A stretch of DNA of 61,877 bases, the filler included, from Choristocarpus tenellus KU-1152 (taxonomy: Eukaryota; Protista; Phaeophyceae): the NCBI GenBank assembly GCA_964200185.2. It is 8 parts of 8 records of this genome, joined end to end, with 100 filler letters (N's around TTAATTAATTAA, not from the genome) between each part and the next. Parts side by side here need not be neighbours in the genome. Positions count along the whole stretch, not along the records: positions 1 to 17,137 come from CAXNAD020000716.1; 7 more parts are not named here. One strand, given 5' to 3'. Below are positions 1-12,753 of this stretch, piece after piece. The notes beneath the pieces were generated by a model. The model saw nothing but the letters and a program-made list of their open reading frames with translations. It was not told the DNA's origin and ran no database searches. Within the stretch, counting starts at the first letter, position 1. Each line of letters opens with the position of its first letter. Position numbers and translations under genes: made by a program.

Positions 1-6
1 CGCACG

Positions 7-63
7 TTTCATTGGTTTCCCCCCTGACACATCTGCAAAATGTCAGAGGGCATAATAATAAAA
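7..63 (+). mobile_element. 3' end (3'UTR + (TAA)n tail) of CRE-like RLE non-LTR retrotransposon
   Basis: tttcattggtttcccccctgacacatctgcaaaatgtcagagggc-ataataata is the reverse complement of ~140-193 and matches the 3' end of the longer copies at 27137 and 28291. Confidence 0.75.
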
Positions 64-138
64 TAACGCACTATTTGATTCGATGCCCACAAGTTTTACA
101 ATATTATGCAAAATATCAGATGGGATAATAATAAAAAT

Positions 139-450
139 ATATTATTATGCCCTCTGACATTTTGCAGATGTGTCAGGGGGGAAACCAATGAAAACTATAC
201 ATATGTCGTTATTAGCCCTAAAGAAATAAAATATCCTAAACATAAGAAAACTATAAAACATTGTAAGTGTGGAAACCACTAACCTATTATTAATTATTAT
301 GCCCTCTGACATTTTGCAGATGTTACCACTAATCAGTTACTTCACCAATATATAATATTGTACTACTGTCGTCCTTTGCTTCCCCTCTACCTACTCCTGT
401 GCCCCGGGAGGGGAAGCTAGGGAGGCATCCCCCAAGAATCCAACAGACCG
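139..450 (-). mobile_element. 5'-truncated CRE-like non-LTR retrotransposon (ORF C-terminus, 3'UTR, tail), containing a nested mini-copy at ~286-323
   Basis: Colinear with 27137-27400, including the ORF end (GLLDSW.ASLA..PG.QE*). An extra 3'-end copy lies between two accactaa repeats (275-282, 325-332). Confidence 0.75.
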
Positions 451-548
451 CTTCGCCAACCTTGCCTTATCCCCGCGACCCCACCTACCCCTGGACTGAG
501 GGGAGGCCCCCCCCACCGCCATGAATAGATGCGCCCGGGGGAAAGCTC

Positions 549-657
549 TTATATTTAGGATATTTTATTTCTTTAGGGCTAATAACGACATATGCATAGT
601 TTTCATTGGTTTCCCCCCTGACACATCTGCAAAATGTCAGAGGGCATAATAATAAAA
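549..657 (+). mobile_element. 3' end of the same CRE-like element
   Basis: About 100 bp near-perfect reverse complement of 141-240, ending in a (TAA)n tail. Confidence 0.75.
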
Positions 658-1586
658 ATAAAATATCCTAAACGTGATTCTATATATAGTAATTGATATC
701 ACCCACAACGAGGCTCGTTTTTGCCGTTGACCTTTTTAGCAGACAATTACTTTATTATTATTATTACTTTATATAACGAGTTTTTGATGGTTTTACAAAC
801 TCGATGTAGTAAATCCTAGAACCCTAATATTCTTCAACACAGCCAGTCTCCGATACCTACACCCGCATCTACGCAACAAATCACAACACCAACAGCAACA
901 GGAGTCCTTGTTGATGATCAGCGCTTCCTCGTCTCTTGCTGTACATCACTATGACAACCACCCCCTCCAATACCATCACCATGGCGAGTTCTCCGACCGT
1001 ATCGGAACATGCGACCCCCACCTACGTACACCAATGATTGTGAGCTTTGGGGTGACGAGGTCTTGATCAAGAAGACTCCTTCCTCACGTCTACAAACATC
1101 AAATTCAAATGTGAGAACTTCTTCCACCGTACCCCATATTCTTGTCGTATTGGAAGAGGTAAAGTTGTGACTACGTTTACAAAAAATTACTTCCAACATA
1201 TCGTATACCATCATAATCGTTCGTAAGATTGGCTTTCAAGCGCTAAGATATGTTGGTTACACTTGCTTCTGAATGTCAAGCGAGGAAGCGTTGGGTTGAG
1301 AGGCCAACGAAGGAAGTATCGTTGCTGCCCTTCCATCGGGCTCGCTGTAGTCTGCGGAGGCAAGGTGCAGGGTTTAACCATTTTGATAGACAGGCGGGGA
1401 GAGACGGTTGCCATTTCGAAAAGAGCACAGCATCGCAAGGCATGTTTGATAGTTGACAAAAAAGAAGGCGAGCAAGTATGCAGACACCAATCAAGCTGCC
1501 GTTGTCTGAGCAGGTCGTCAAGATATGTATGTATATATATATGATGCGTGAACAGTCTTTCTCCTTAGCAAAGTGACGAGAATGCT

Positions 1587-4500
1587 ATGGATACAAGCAG
1601 GATATTGAAGCGAAGGGCGGCCGAATTGCTGATCAGACTCACGATCCTCTCTGCTCGTCAGGGTGATGGGAGAAACGGAGTATACAGGGACTCTGTTACC
1701 TCGGGAATGTCCATTGTGGTTATGGTAGGAGAAAGGTCGGCGCATGAGACATTGATAGTGTCCTCCTCTGCCACGAGTCACGTTGCAGCCTATGGAGGCA
1801 AGAAGAAAGGTTTCAGTTAGACAGACAAGGGGGAAGGATATTGGTGGCACTAAGATAGGGGTAGACCATCGCAAGTTATATTTGGTGGCTGAGTGAAAAG
1901 GAAACGAGCAAGTATTTAGACACCTAAAAACTTTCTCGTTTCTTTTTCTCTCAACTATTCTGTCTCTTGACTCGGGTACTGTGTATGCCTTGTCGTGTGT
2001 CCAGAGCTAACATTTGATGTCTTCCCCTAATCCTTTCTCATTCTCTTGGGAAAGTGAAACTACGAAGTGGTGTTTCGTTACACCAGGTGGTCGAACGCTC
2101 CCTCCAGGATTCTCTACAAGAGGCATTTGCCACCGTCGTCCAGCAGGTACCTCATGTATTGAACCTGACCAAACGCTGTGAATTTATCCACTCACTATTG
2201 TCACTACATCACACTTGGTGTTTTACGTGCTTCTGATAGCTCATTGGGAGTAGTATTTGAGAGCGGATAATTAGTAGCCTTCACGTGTCAACACAAGAGT
2301 GTAAAGATGTTGTTGATACTATAACTTTGAGATTGATTAGTCAGATTGAAGAGAGTTGCCTGGCAAGAACATGGAACTTGTTCATGGGAACAGAGTTGGA
2401 GGAATAACACCTTGTTTTCGTTTCGCCCTTTGAGTTTCAGCTGAGCACTCGTCCTTGCTGTGTTCCTCTCCTGTCCAGCAACAAAAAAGGTTAACCCTTT
2501 CCTCGAGCAAGTAGAGGTAGAGAAAATAATGGATTCGGTGTGCAAAGAGATAAGGATGTGGGAAATGAGGCGTGAGACCCGCAGAGTCAACGTGGTAAGT
2601 GCAGAGAAGCACAAATGGCTCATATCAGCCAAGATAGTGAATCAATCAATTTGTAGACCAGATGACATGTAGCATATGGAACTGTAGGTCCCCAATGTCA
2701 CTATGGATGTGAGGGTTAGGCAGTGACCAAGGGATCTCGTGAGACCAAGACATATGCCCTGCAAAAGGGGTAGGAGAGTGGGTGAAAAAGACTAAAACTG
2801 GTTTGAGGATGAGATATAGTTGTCTCCTATTATTGTACCTCCAAGAAGATATTTTGAAGTACAGCATCACAACAAAATCCGTATGATAGGATGAAACCTC
2901 TCTCACAGTAGCTAATGGAGTATTTTGCAGGATGATACAATTTTTCTAGTCCTATTCTACTTTGATGCCATATACCAACATAGATTCTTGTGCAGTCAAT
3001 GCTGGACTTACACCACTTTTGTCTAATTGCTAGAGTGATTTTGCCTGCCTAACAACAATATTCCCCAGAACCTGGAGGTGGAAAAGGTCGCCAGCAGACC
3101 TCTGCGATGGGCATCTGCCGCAAAGGACAAGGTGAATTGCTATTTGCTTACAAGGATGGTTGACAAAGAAGGCATTGGGTGGTGAGCAAAGCAGTAGGTA
3201 TGCGGTAGCTTTAGTCCGTTGAAGAGCATACCCCGTGTTGTGTCTGAGAGAAAAGATTGGACTTGCCAGGTGCCCAACGCTGAATGGTTTTGAAATGGTT
3301 TTCGAGAATCTGGTGTTGGGCTAGATGCCCTTCTGTGTACAGCCTCACAATACTGAGGCCTCTCTTGTATTCTTGATTTGAGTATTGTATCACATATTTT
3401 GTCCTTCTTGATGTGTGACAAGGAGGGCATTTATTTTGGAAAGATAATTTTTACATTAGGAAAAAGGTATCCTACCTGTCTGATTGGTGCTATTTCGGAT
3501 TCAATCATTTTGTGGTCAAGTTGTCTAAGTGGGCTGTGTGTCTCTCTTCACGTTTGAAATGGAATATTTTCCTACAGCTCCAAGGTACCATTGGTGAGGT
3601 ACATACAATACCTTGTAGTGGCTTTGGTGATTTCTTTGTACTCTGGACAATATGACTCCCTTTGTGAGGGGTCTGGGAGAATGTGGGATTCAATGGAGCT
3701 CTCAAATTCCATCTCCAGTTGATAATTAACTAGGCAATCACCCCCCACCCTACACACACCAGGAGTTGCAAGAGGTTATGGAAAAGCTGAAGGCCCATGA
3801 GGCTGTCGAACTTCGCCTGCAGCAGGCACTTGATGACGTGACAGAGAAGGTGAACAAAACATTGTATGAGTAGATCGAATAGTTTCAACTGTTACTGAAC
3901 GTCATATCACCGTGGGAGGCAAGCAACATGTGGTGGTTGACTTTGGTGACATGTCAAAAATTGAACATACAAGCACAAGTAAAATTATCATTAGAATTTA
4001 CAATATACATAATGTGTACTCTGTGGCATAAGTGTCACAATTGCCAGTGCCAGTGACATGATTGAAGAGTACTACTTTCACAAATGGAATGGTTGGAATT
4101 GTTTGACCAAGCCAAATGGAGGAGTTTATTGCACGAGGGGTCAGGTCCTTTAAATTCCTCTCAACTTTGTCATCAATTGCTCATGGGTTTTATGGTACGT
4201 AGATATTGAATGTTTTTCTGTTGAAGGATAAATTTGCTGGGGGAGATCCAACAGTTGCTCATTTTTTGTTGCAAATCTACACATTACCGCGCATCATGAG
4301 GTACACAACGTTCTCCTTGTACAGTCCATTTTTGAAGAATAGTGTCCTGGACCGGTGTCTAAGTGTAGCACAACTGATCCTGTTATTCCGTTCTCTTTCC
4401 TCACATGCCCCTATTCCTATCCCCTCCACGTTTCCAGGCTACATCGCAAGGGGTACCATGTACACCAAAGGCCTTCCGCAGGTCTTTGCACAGGACTCCC

Positions 4501-7500
4501 TTCGTAGTGGAAAAAGGGGCAGCAGAAAAGGAGAACGACACCCCTGGTCGCCGTTATAGGTCTGCAGCTAGGGTACGAACTCCTCTGGGGGACAACATTG
4601 GTGAAACTGTGTCAGCTGTCCAAGGTAAAGATCTCTGGTATGTGAGTGAAAGTATCTTAGAGGGTACGAATTTTGTCCTCTTTGTCCACGTGGGGCTTGG
4701 CTTCCCATGGGTTTTAATTGACATTTTACCTACTTCAAAATGTTTCGTAGTAGATAAAATGTATACGTTATGACAAAGAGTATCCAGACAAGGATATTGA
4801 CATCTCCTAACAAACATGATAGTCAAAATTCCACCAAAATGTGCGACATTGGATTTTCGTCTCCAAATGGACGCGGCTGTACCCTCTAAGATACTTTGGC
4901 TCATGTGTGTGTGTCCGTGTGACAGGGGGAGGAGTTGTGTTTTAGAGCCTTTTACTTAGCACTCTGTGCAGACTGATTAAGCATTCACAGAAATGTATGA
5001 TTTGTTTGAAGAGGCAATGGCACTAGTATTTTTTGTTGCACCTGCGGAAGAGTAACCGTTATAGGTTTTTCCTCCATGCCCCCTTGTTATGTGCCATGCA
5101 GTCTCCTTCGAGAAGAAGCAGGTGGGATTCTCCGCCATCTGTGAATAAGAGCACCCTCTCAACTCATGAGGATGGTCTGGTAATGGTTGACGAGGTGCCT
5201 TTGTCTCTTCTGTCCCCCTTACGGTCTGTGAGGCCCTTGGTGTCCAAGAAGACTGGTGGAGTGGTCAAGAACGTGGTGATGCCTGTTGCAGAGGCGAGAA
5301 ATGTCAAGACCGCACCTGGGAATATCAAGATGGTCATGAGGGGTGGGAGCAGGGCAAGGTCATCCAGAGGGGTGGCCATGAGGAGGACCAGGTGGGGCTC
5401 AAAGTATCTGAGGTGGAGAAGCGGCTGTGCATTCGGGGCCCATTTTTCCATTTCGATATTTTTGGGTGATGTGGTTGCAGACGTTTGATGGATGTAGTAA
5501 GTGCACTTCTCCTGGTCAGGCCCGAATGGACACCCTGGTGTAGACCCTCACTCCACCCCAGATACTTTGAGCCTGGGTTTGGTTTAGATTGAGCTGAGGG
5601 TGTGTGTTGGCTAGACCTTTGCGTGGGATGTGGAAGGAAATTTCCCCGCAACAAAGTTGTGTGGATGTATAGTGAGTTGTTCTACCTTTAGAATTGGCTC
5701 AAAGTATCTGGGAGGGGGTGGCGGCTGTCCATTTGGGGTCAATTTTTTCACATCGCGATTTTTGGGTGATTTGGTTGCATAAGTCGGATGGATAATAAAA
5801 ATGCACTTTCCCGATTTTTCCCCAAATGGACACCTTGGTGTAGAACCCCCACCCCCCCAGATACTTTGGGTCAATTTTTTTGCACTTGCATAGGCATTTC
5901 TTCTCGGTGCCTATCCTACCTATGTTGTTGGCACTCAGACATTCCACTACGCTATTGCATGATGTTTGGGCAGAAGGAAATGGTGTACTATTTTTTTTTG
6001 TAACAGTGTGATCATGGCATAGAGCAGAAACCAAGAGTGCTGTGAACACAAATAATTTGTCTATCACTGCTTCACAAATGCAATTGTTACATGGTGTACA
6101 CACTTTGTATACACATAAATTGTATATATTGTCTGATGATTAACACATGATTTTAAGCAAAATGTGAATTGGTGGGGCAACCTCAGCTTAAAATAGATGT
6201 AAGAGCCTCCGGTGGTTGTTGTGTGAATGGGTTATGCCGAAGGCCAGTGAAGAAGTTTGTGAGCAAATTTGTATCGGGGGAAACGTAGCCCAGCTCAAAC
6301 ACTTCAATACCTTGATTTGAGGATTTGTAATGTCGTTTCTATCTAGACGAATATGCTGAGATCCTTAGAAAAGAGTACGATTTTTCGGTCACATGCCCTT
6401 CCCCTCTCCTTACCATTTGTTTGTATACGTGGGTGTGCTTGCCTGAATGATGTAGTGGAAATGGTTACACCAGTGTTGAGCACAATGCTGCCTCCAATGC
6501 CATCCGCATAGCTCACTGCCTGTTATTGCAAAACCCACCCTCCTCCCACCTCCTCATTCACGCCTACTCAGAGCTTTGGAAGGGCTTTGGAAGAGGCGTC
6601 TGCAGGGCCTGCAAGAGAAACCAGGTACTTGCCTAACCTTCTTGCTTTGAATTGAAAGTGGTTGAGGTGTGATGGAATCGTGTGCATTATTGATTCTAAT
6701 TGATGGGTCAATTGTGAGTGCTTGATATATTGTTGACACAACCAATCACACACATAAGCCTTAAGCCCGATATTTAAAGATTTGGATCAAATATGGAGTA
6801 TATTCTATGTGCGTGTGCCGTTGTTGTTATGACATGGGACCTAGCCCACCTCTATCAACACAAACTATTTCTTTCTGATATATATATATTGTTTGAAGTT
6901 GAGGGTGGGAGCAAAGGAGATCATTCCTCATTTTGCTTCTTGCTCTCTATGATAGGATCTGACCTTTTATTTTTTTGTTGAGGGTGTTGAACAAACTACC
7001 TTTTGAGGGAGAGTGACAAGAAGGCAATTATATTTGACCCTCATATCCCATCAAACAGTGCAGTGCAAGGAATATGAGCAACCTGTCTGATGTATGTAGG
7101 AGAGGAGCAAAGTATGAAATACTGTGAAGTGTTGTAAAACTCCTTGAGGTTAAAATGGTGATCATGTCATAATTGTATGATTCTCAGGAGTCATCCAGAT
7201 ACCTCTAGTACTGCAGGAGGGACAGTTGAGCATGGGGCATTCAGTAAGGTTGGTCCCTGCTCTGAAAAAAGCCATCTTCACTATATACGTCATGCAGCAG
7301 AGTGTTGCTTGTCAAGAACAGTCCAAGCAGGAGGTTGATCCTCTTCATCATGCCAATGCCTCCCTTCCCATCGTATAATTCGTCACCAGGTCCCCCAAGT
7401 CAACAAGGTCAAGCCGATGCCACGCTTCCGGTTCTAGATACTTCCTCATAGATGCCATCCGTTCTTTGTGAAACCACACAAGGCACTGATCCATACTTGG

Positions 7501-7795
7501 TGGCATGATTTGGCTCAAAGTATCTGGGGGAGGGTGGTGACTGTCCATTTGGGACCAATTTTTTCATATCGCGATTTTTGGGTGATCTGGTTCCATACAT
7601 TGGGTGGATAATGAAAGTACACTCTTCCTGGTTTTGGTCCAAATGGACACTCTGGTATAGACCCCGTCCCCGCCCCCAGATACTTTGGGTCACTTGATTG
7701 ATGTGGGTATGCAGGTTTACACAGGCACATTGTCAGTATTTAAGGAGCCGTTCAATGTGATGCAGCAAGGTGTATTATATCTCAATCTCGGATGA
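1587..7795 (+). CDS. Multi-exon hypothetical protein with coiled-coil and Ser/Arg-rich segments (exon set tentative)
   Basis: Candidate GT-AG exons: 1587-1662, 2055-2146, ~2490-2537, 3069-3131 (NLEVEKVASRPLRWASAAKDK), 3763-3849 (ELQEVMEKLKAHEAVELRLQQALDDVTEK), 4438-4571, 5102-~5392, ~6572-6624, 7188-~7243, 7714-7795. Phases are mostly compatible. No family recognised. Confidence 0.45.
4644..4902 (+). mobile_element. MITE family A (~260 bp), full length
   Basis: TIRs gagtgaaagtatcttagagggtac / gtaccctctaagatactttggctc, 4-bp TSD atgt, multiple homologous copies in the window. Confidence 0.9.
5396..5573 (+). mobile_element. MITE family B (~180 bp)
   Basis: TIRs ggctcaaagtatctg / cagatactttgagcc, inserted a few bp after a splice donor. 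Confidence 0.85.
5696..5872 (+). mobile_element. MITE family B, full length
   Basis: ggctcaaagtatctggg ... cccagatactttgggtc with perfect 4-bp TSD aatt. Confidence 0.9.
7512..7691 (+). mobile_element. MITE family B
   Basis: Same TIRs and body as 5696. Flanks attt/actt (4-bp TSD, one mismatch). Confidence 0.85.
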
Positions 7796-9220
7796 TGCAA
7801 ATGTTGTTGAAGCTTTGGAGGGTATTTCGTCGAATCTTGGGCAGGTGTGGACGTTTCTTGTAGGTGGTCCATCCGTGAGGAAGATCTCGAGAGCTGTCGG
7901 TCAGATTTTGTGCATGTGTACTTGTTGAAGGTATGTTGGAGTGCTGACCTGTGCTCCTACTTCCCCCATTTTGCTCTTATTTAGTGTGTTTTGTTGGTAT
8001 GGTTTATCGGTTGTATTGGCTTTCGACGTGAGAGGGTTTGCTTGCAATATCCTACAGCAGCCTTAGAAACGATTTCTGATGGCGGCTAATGGTTTATAGT
8101 GACCTCTGCAATTCCTACAGGATGGGGGGAGAGGGGCATTTGGGGGTGGATGGGTGTAGTTTATTGATAGCAATAGATTTTGCTGATGAACTAAATTTAC
8201 TAGCACGTGGGAGGTAGAGATGCGTACGAGAATAGTTGCAGTGGCATGGTGGCAGATGATAGAGTGTGGATCAACAACGCAACGTGGTGATGGAATTTGA
8301 ATGATCGAGGTTGAGAAGAGTATTAGGCCGGTGTGTAGTAGAATTTGGAGCAATTGAACAAAGAAGTGAAGGTATATTGTTGTTTTCAGTGGGGACAGCA
8401 GGCACAAAGTTGGTGGCTTTAGCGGACTTTACACAAAAGATCACACGTATGAAGGTGGCTTCTGTGCGTTGCTTGACATACACACGGTGAGTGGGCAGAC
8501 AGAGGGATGAGGTAGATGATTCTGTAGTTGCTAGTCATATTTCTGTACCTGAGGAAGTGAAGTATATAAGTGAGCGTTGATGAAAGATGGAAGTGATGTG
8601 TACTTCAAAGTACCTGGTACAGATTTATTGTTTATTTGTGGATGAGAAGGGTATTTTATTCCAGGGTTGGTAACTATTTGCAGAGTAGTGATTATACAGA
8701 GGTCAAGTCATGTATGATGATGGCTTAGAACAATACAGGTGATGGAGGAAGGGGGAGTCAGCAAGTGCCTAGCATTGTGTGTGAGAGTTCATTCAAGTCT
8801 TGTGGTATGCTAACCATCAACGTATATCCCAATTTTCAAGACGTAGGGACCTGGGGGTGTAGTGGAACAAATCCACTTTACTGTTGATGAATATGTTGCA
8901 TTCTATTCCTGTCATCCACCCCCATCGAACTTCTTAGCACAACCCTCCATAAGAGTGTCGATTTACTGAATTGCCTCTGACGCATAGGCACAACAACAAG
9001 GGAGATGGAGAGCATTACACCACAAGAAAATACTTGGCATAACAATAATATATATGTACCTATGGGATAAGTGATCTGTGCGCAGTGCTGGATGAAACTA
9101 TGTTTTCTATCTTAAACATGATCTTCAATACAAACTCTTACTACTACTCTGGAGTATGGCAGTATCGTCCAAAAGTTAATTGTGATTCACAATAAATCAA
9201 AAGTTTGTTATTTTCACCCT

Positions 9221-9376
9221 TGCTCGGGACCCAATGTGTGAGATATCAATAATAATGCATGTACTACTTAGTACTTTTACTGCTGATGGTGGTTGTTATG
9301 CTCGGGACCAAATGTGTGAGATATCAATAGTGCATGTACTACATACTTAGTACCTTACTGCTGATGGTGGTTGTTA
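9221..9376. repeat. Tandem duplication, 2 x ~78 bp
   Basis: tgctcgggacc...ctgctgatggtggttgtta occurs at 9221 and 9299. Confidence 0.9.
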
Positions 9377-9774
9377 CAGCAGTGGTCTACGACTTTGGGA
9401 GGAATACTTCGATAAGCGTTACCTAACACTACAGGGTTTTGAACACACTAGTAACAACTAACTGCAGCACGTATGTAGACGAATCATTACCAATTGACTC
9501 AAAATATAGCGAGGGTTTCTTGCCTACCGTTGCATGAGGTTATATACACGACAGAGTAATACCTATCTGTAAGGAAAGAGCCCTTGGGAGGGACTGGTTC
9601 ATGATGCTGTTGTTACGCCACTGACAATGGTGTGATGCATAAAGAAGAAAGTGGTTACTTGATAGTCTCTTTCATCTATCCAGAACCAATTTACATTCTA
9701 TCAAGTATGTCTTACTTGTAATATCGACTTACTGTTGTATTTCAGAGGTGAGTAGATATGCACATATACGTACT

Positions 9775-11070
9775 GTACCATATACTCCAGAGTATCATAC
9801 TTTTCGAAGCATCTTTCCTCAATAATGCTGAAGAATACTCCGCAACCAAGGTGAAGATTATCCTGGTACAAATGCACCACAGTTGGCTCAATGTGGCACA
9901 TATATGGATAGAACATTCTATGGCTTGCATATGTGCGTGGCTTCTATATACTGGCTTGTAACCCTCCAACCTCTTCCTTACCTCACAACCACTGACAATA
10001 ATATGTTCACACATATGTTTTGGTTGTGTACAATGTTTAGTTCAATCAAATTGGTTATGAAGGAGCGAACTACTTGTGGACCTCTACCTCGTGCACAAAA
10101 CATGCATATACTCTTGAGTATATCCCTTGCTTGACATTTTTCAGGTAGTTCTACTTCAACGAGAACAAAAACGAGGAAATATATGTATATAAACACACAT
10201 AGAATGACAAAAAGAGTGAAAGCATCTTCTTAGAGGGTAGAAGTTTTGCACTGTTTGTCCGTTTGGGGCTTGGCTTCCCACCGGGTTTTTGATGACATTT
10301 TCCTACTCCTAAATACTTCGGAGTAGGCAAAATGTATAGGTTATGAAAGGTGTATCCGGAACAAGGATATTGACATCTCCTAACAAAGCCGATAGCCAAA
10401 ATTGCATCAAATCGGAACATTGGATTTTGGCCCCCAAATGAACGCGACTCTACTCTCTAAAAAGATACCTTTGACTCCAAAAGTGTGCCAATTATTATAA
10501 AAACAGGTAGTTCATATAAACGAGGGACACTCCTCATGTATCAAGTGGAGCCAGTCACACACAAACTCTAAGTAGACCTTGCCGTGAATAAACCTTCTAC
10601 ATCATCACTCTCCAGTCTGTGTGTGGCAAATAGTAACTCTGTAAAATGCAACTACCCACACCCTACCCGTTCCATATGTCTGCAACGTGCACAATTCAAG
10701 GGCCTAGAGTGGTTGCAACGCCTGTCCACTTCAGTACCTTCAAACTAGCTTCTCCAGGGCCAACATACCACAAGGTCACTCACTCTCCCCATTGCCGGAA
10801 TAAGAATAGAGCGATATGCAGCAAGTACAAGTTGAGATATGGACAGGAGGAGTTAGCCTGTCGACCATGTTGGTATTGATATAAGACAAACTTTCTCAAT
10901 TGAACTATGAAGCACATTAAGGGAACAAGACCACCGCCCAACTCATTATATTTGATGCGGCATTATTGGGTCTCCAGAAATGTTACCCCAAAACTCTTAC
11001 GCTTTGTATTTAACCTTTTCGTGATATGTCGAGCCCTTGCTGCAGCTGCTTCATTGCTGCCAACGCCTGA
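9775..11070 (-). CDS. Possible exons of an unrecognised minus-strand gene
   Basis: Phase-compatible AG/GT-bounded segments ALAAMKQLQQGLDISRK, ELLFATHRLESDDVE, VELPEKCQARDILKSICMF. No family match recognised. Confidence 0.2.
10214..10477 (+). mobile_element. MITE family A
   Basis: Homologous over its full length to 4644-4902, with slightly degenerate TIRs. Confidence 0.85.
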
Positions 11071-12494
11071 TTACGAAAACATCATTACAAGATGATGTGC
11101 AGAGAGGGAATCAGTCTCACAGCATGTGGCATAGTGACAAGTCTGCCATAAGAAAGGGATAACGATTTCCAGGGATGAACGTATTGGCAGTGGAAGCAAC
11201 AGTTCACTAAGAAATAATCACACACGGTCAATGAAGCAAATACGAACAGCTCATGAATAATGCCCCAGGTAATTGTATCAGTAGCAAGATTGAAGGGACA
11301 GAGATACTGCAAGTGCAATGTCTGCCACTGACTGAACACATCATATGGGCTAATATATTTGTGGACATGTTCCTTTTCGTAACACACTCCGAGTCCCCTG
11401 GTCCTCAACCTATATTTACTATACTAACTTCAAGAGTATTATTGTAACCTAAAATACAAACTATTGATAGTTCTTGGTATCTGCAACTACTACCAATAAA
11501 TCAACTAAAGCAATACGGTTCTTTTCACGGAATTGACTATGACATTTCCAAACTCGTTGGATATTGATTGGGCTAGGCAAAGGCTATCGATTCTATCAAG
11601 AACATGGAAAGCACCCCAACGTCTTTGCTCCAATCTCATGTGACTTTGAAACAAAGACCCCGCTTGAATGCTGTAAATCACCACAGTCTCACATGGAACA
11701 CTTTGACAAGCGACCATGCAGATGCCTGGAAGGGATTAAGGCAACCTAAGACAGGTACAACTCTAACCACAACAATTCAAGTTACCTCTTTTGATGAGGC
11801 CTCTGAAATTTCAACCGCCAAAGATTCATAACATACTCCAATGCTTACTTCAAGTGCTTGTCAACAACAGCACTACACACAGGAACGGCGAGCAAGGGAC
11901 TCAACAGCAGGCACAAATTTGTAGTGGAGTTCCGCCTGATGCCTGACATGTCATCAAGAAGCAGACAACGTAATATACACCATTCTTAATTTTATGCCAC
12001 AAAGGCGACGAGTACTCTTTTTTAGCAAACAGACCTTCAACCTACCTCGCATTGATGCAGTGACCACTGTTCAGCACAAAGGGTAGTAGTACTTGCCAAA
12101 CACTACATACACACTTTAAAGTATGCACCATCGGCACACACACAAAGACAAACAAGGGGATAGAGGCAGGCACGCAAAAGGGCAGCAGAGGGGCCCTCTA
12201 AAACCATCCCCACTATCTCCCCTGTAAGCATTTTTATACCTGCTCTATTATCAGAACGACATGTATATATTTTGTTAACCGTACTTAACATTTCAAACAA
12301 ACAAAAAACGTGTTCGAATAGACTTCTCCAATTGTAACGGATATTGCTGGTACTATATATACAGAGTCAGAATACAAGAATTATTAGTTGGTTAATCCAT
12401 ATTTGTTCTTGCATACGAAGGGATAGATGGGAATTAATTCCATCAAGCATGGTGTTTTGGGGCTGTATGGTCACCCCGTCTTCTTGGTAATAAT

Positions 12495-12753
12495 TAGTGA
12501 AAGCATCTTAGAGGGTACAAGTTTTGCCTCTGTTTGTCCATTTGAGGCTTGACTTCCCTCGAAATTTTTATGACTTTCTCCTACTCCAAAATATTTCGGA
12601 GTAGGTAAAATGCATACATTATGAAAATGTGTGTCCGGAAGAAGGATATTGACACTTCCTAACAAACACGATAACTAATATTACATCAAAATCGCAACAT
12701 TGGATTCTGGGCCCCATATGGCTGTGGCCCTACCCTCTAAGATACTTTGGCTG
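12495..12753 (+). mobile_element. MITE family A, inserted in the putative 5' LTR of the copia element
   Basis: Full-length homology to 4644-4902. Lies 15 bp before the ...caaca LTR-like end at 12768. Confidence 0.85.

Noticed and set aside
4554-4904. Recurring short ORFs such as 'LGSVNIL..DT.FHNVYIL.TPKHF' (also 12471, 19592, 51193)
   Set aside because: Chance translations of non-coding MITE A copies.
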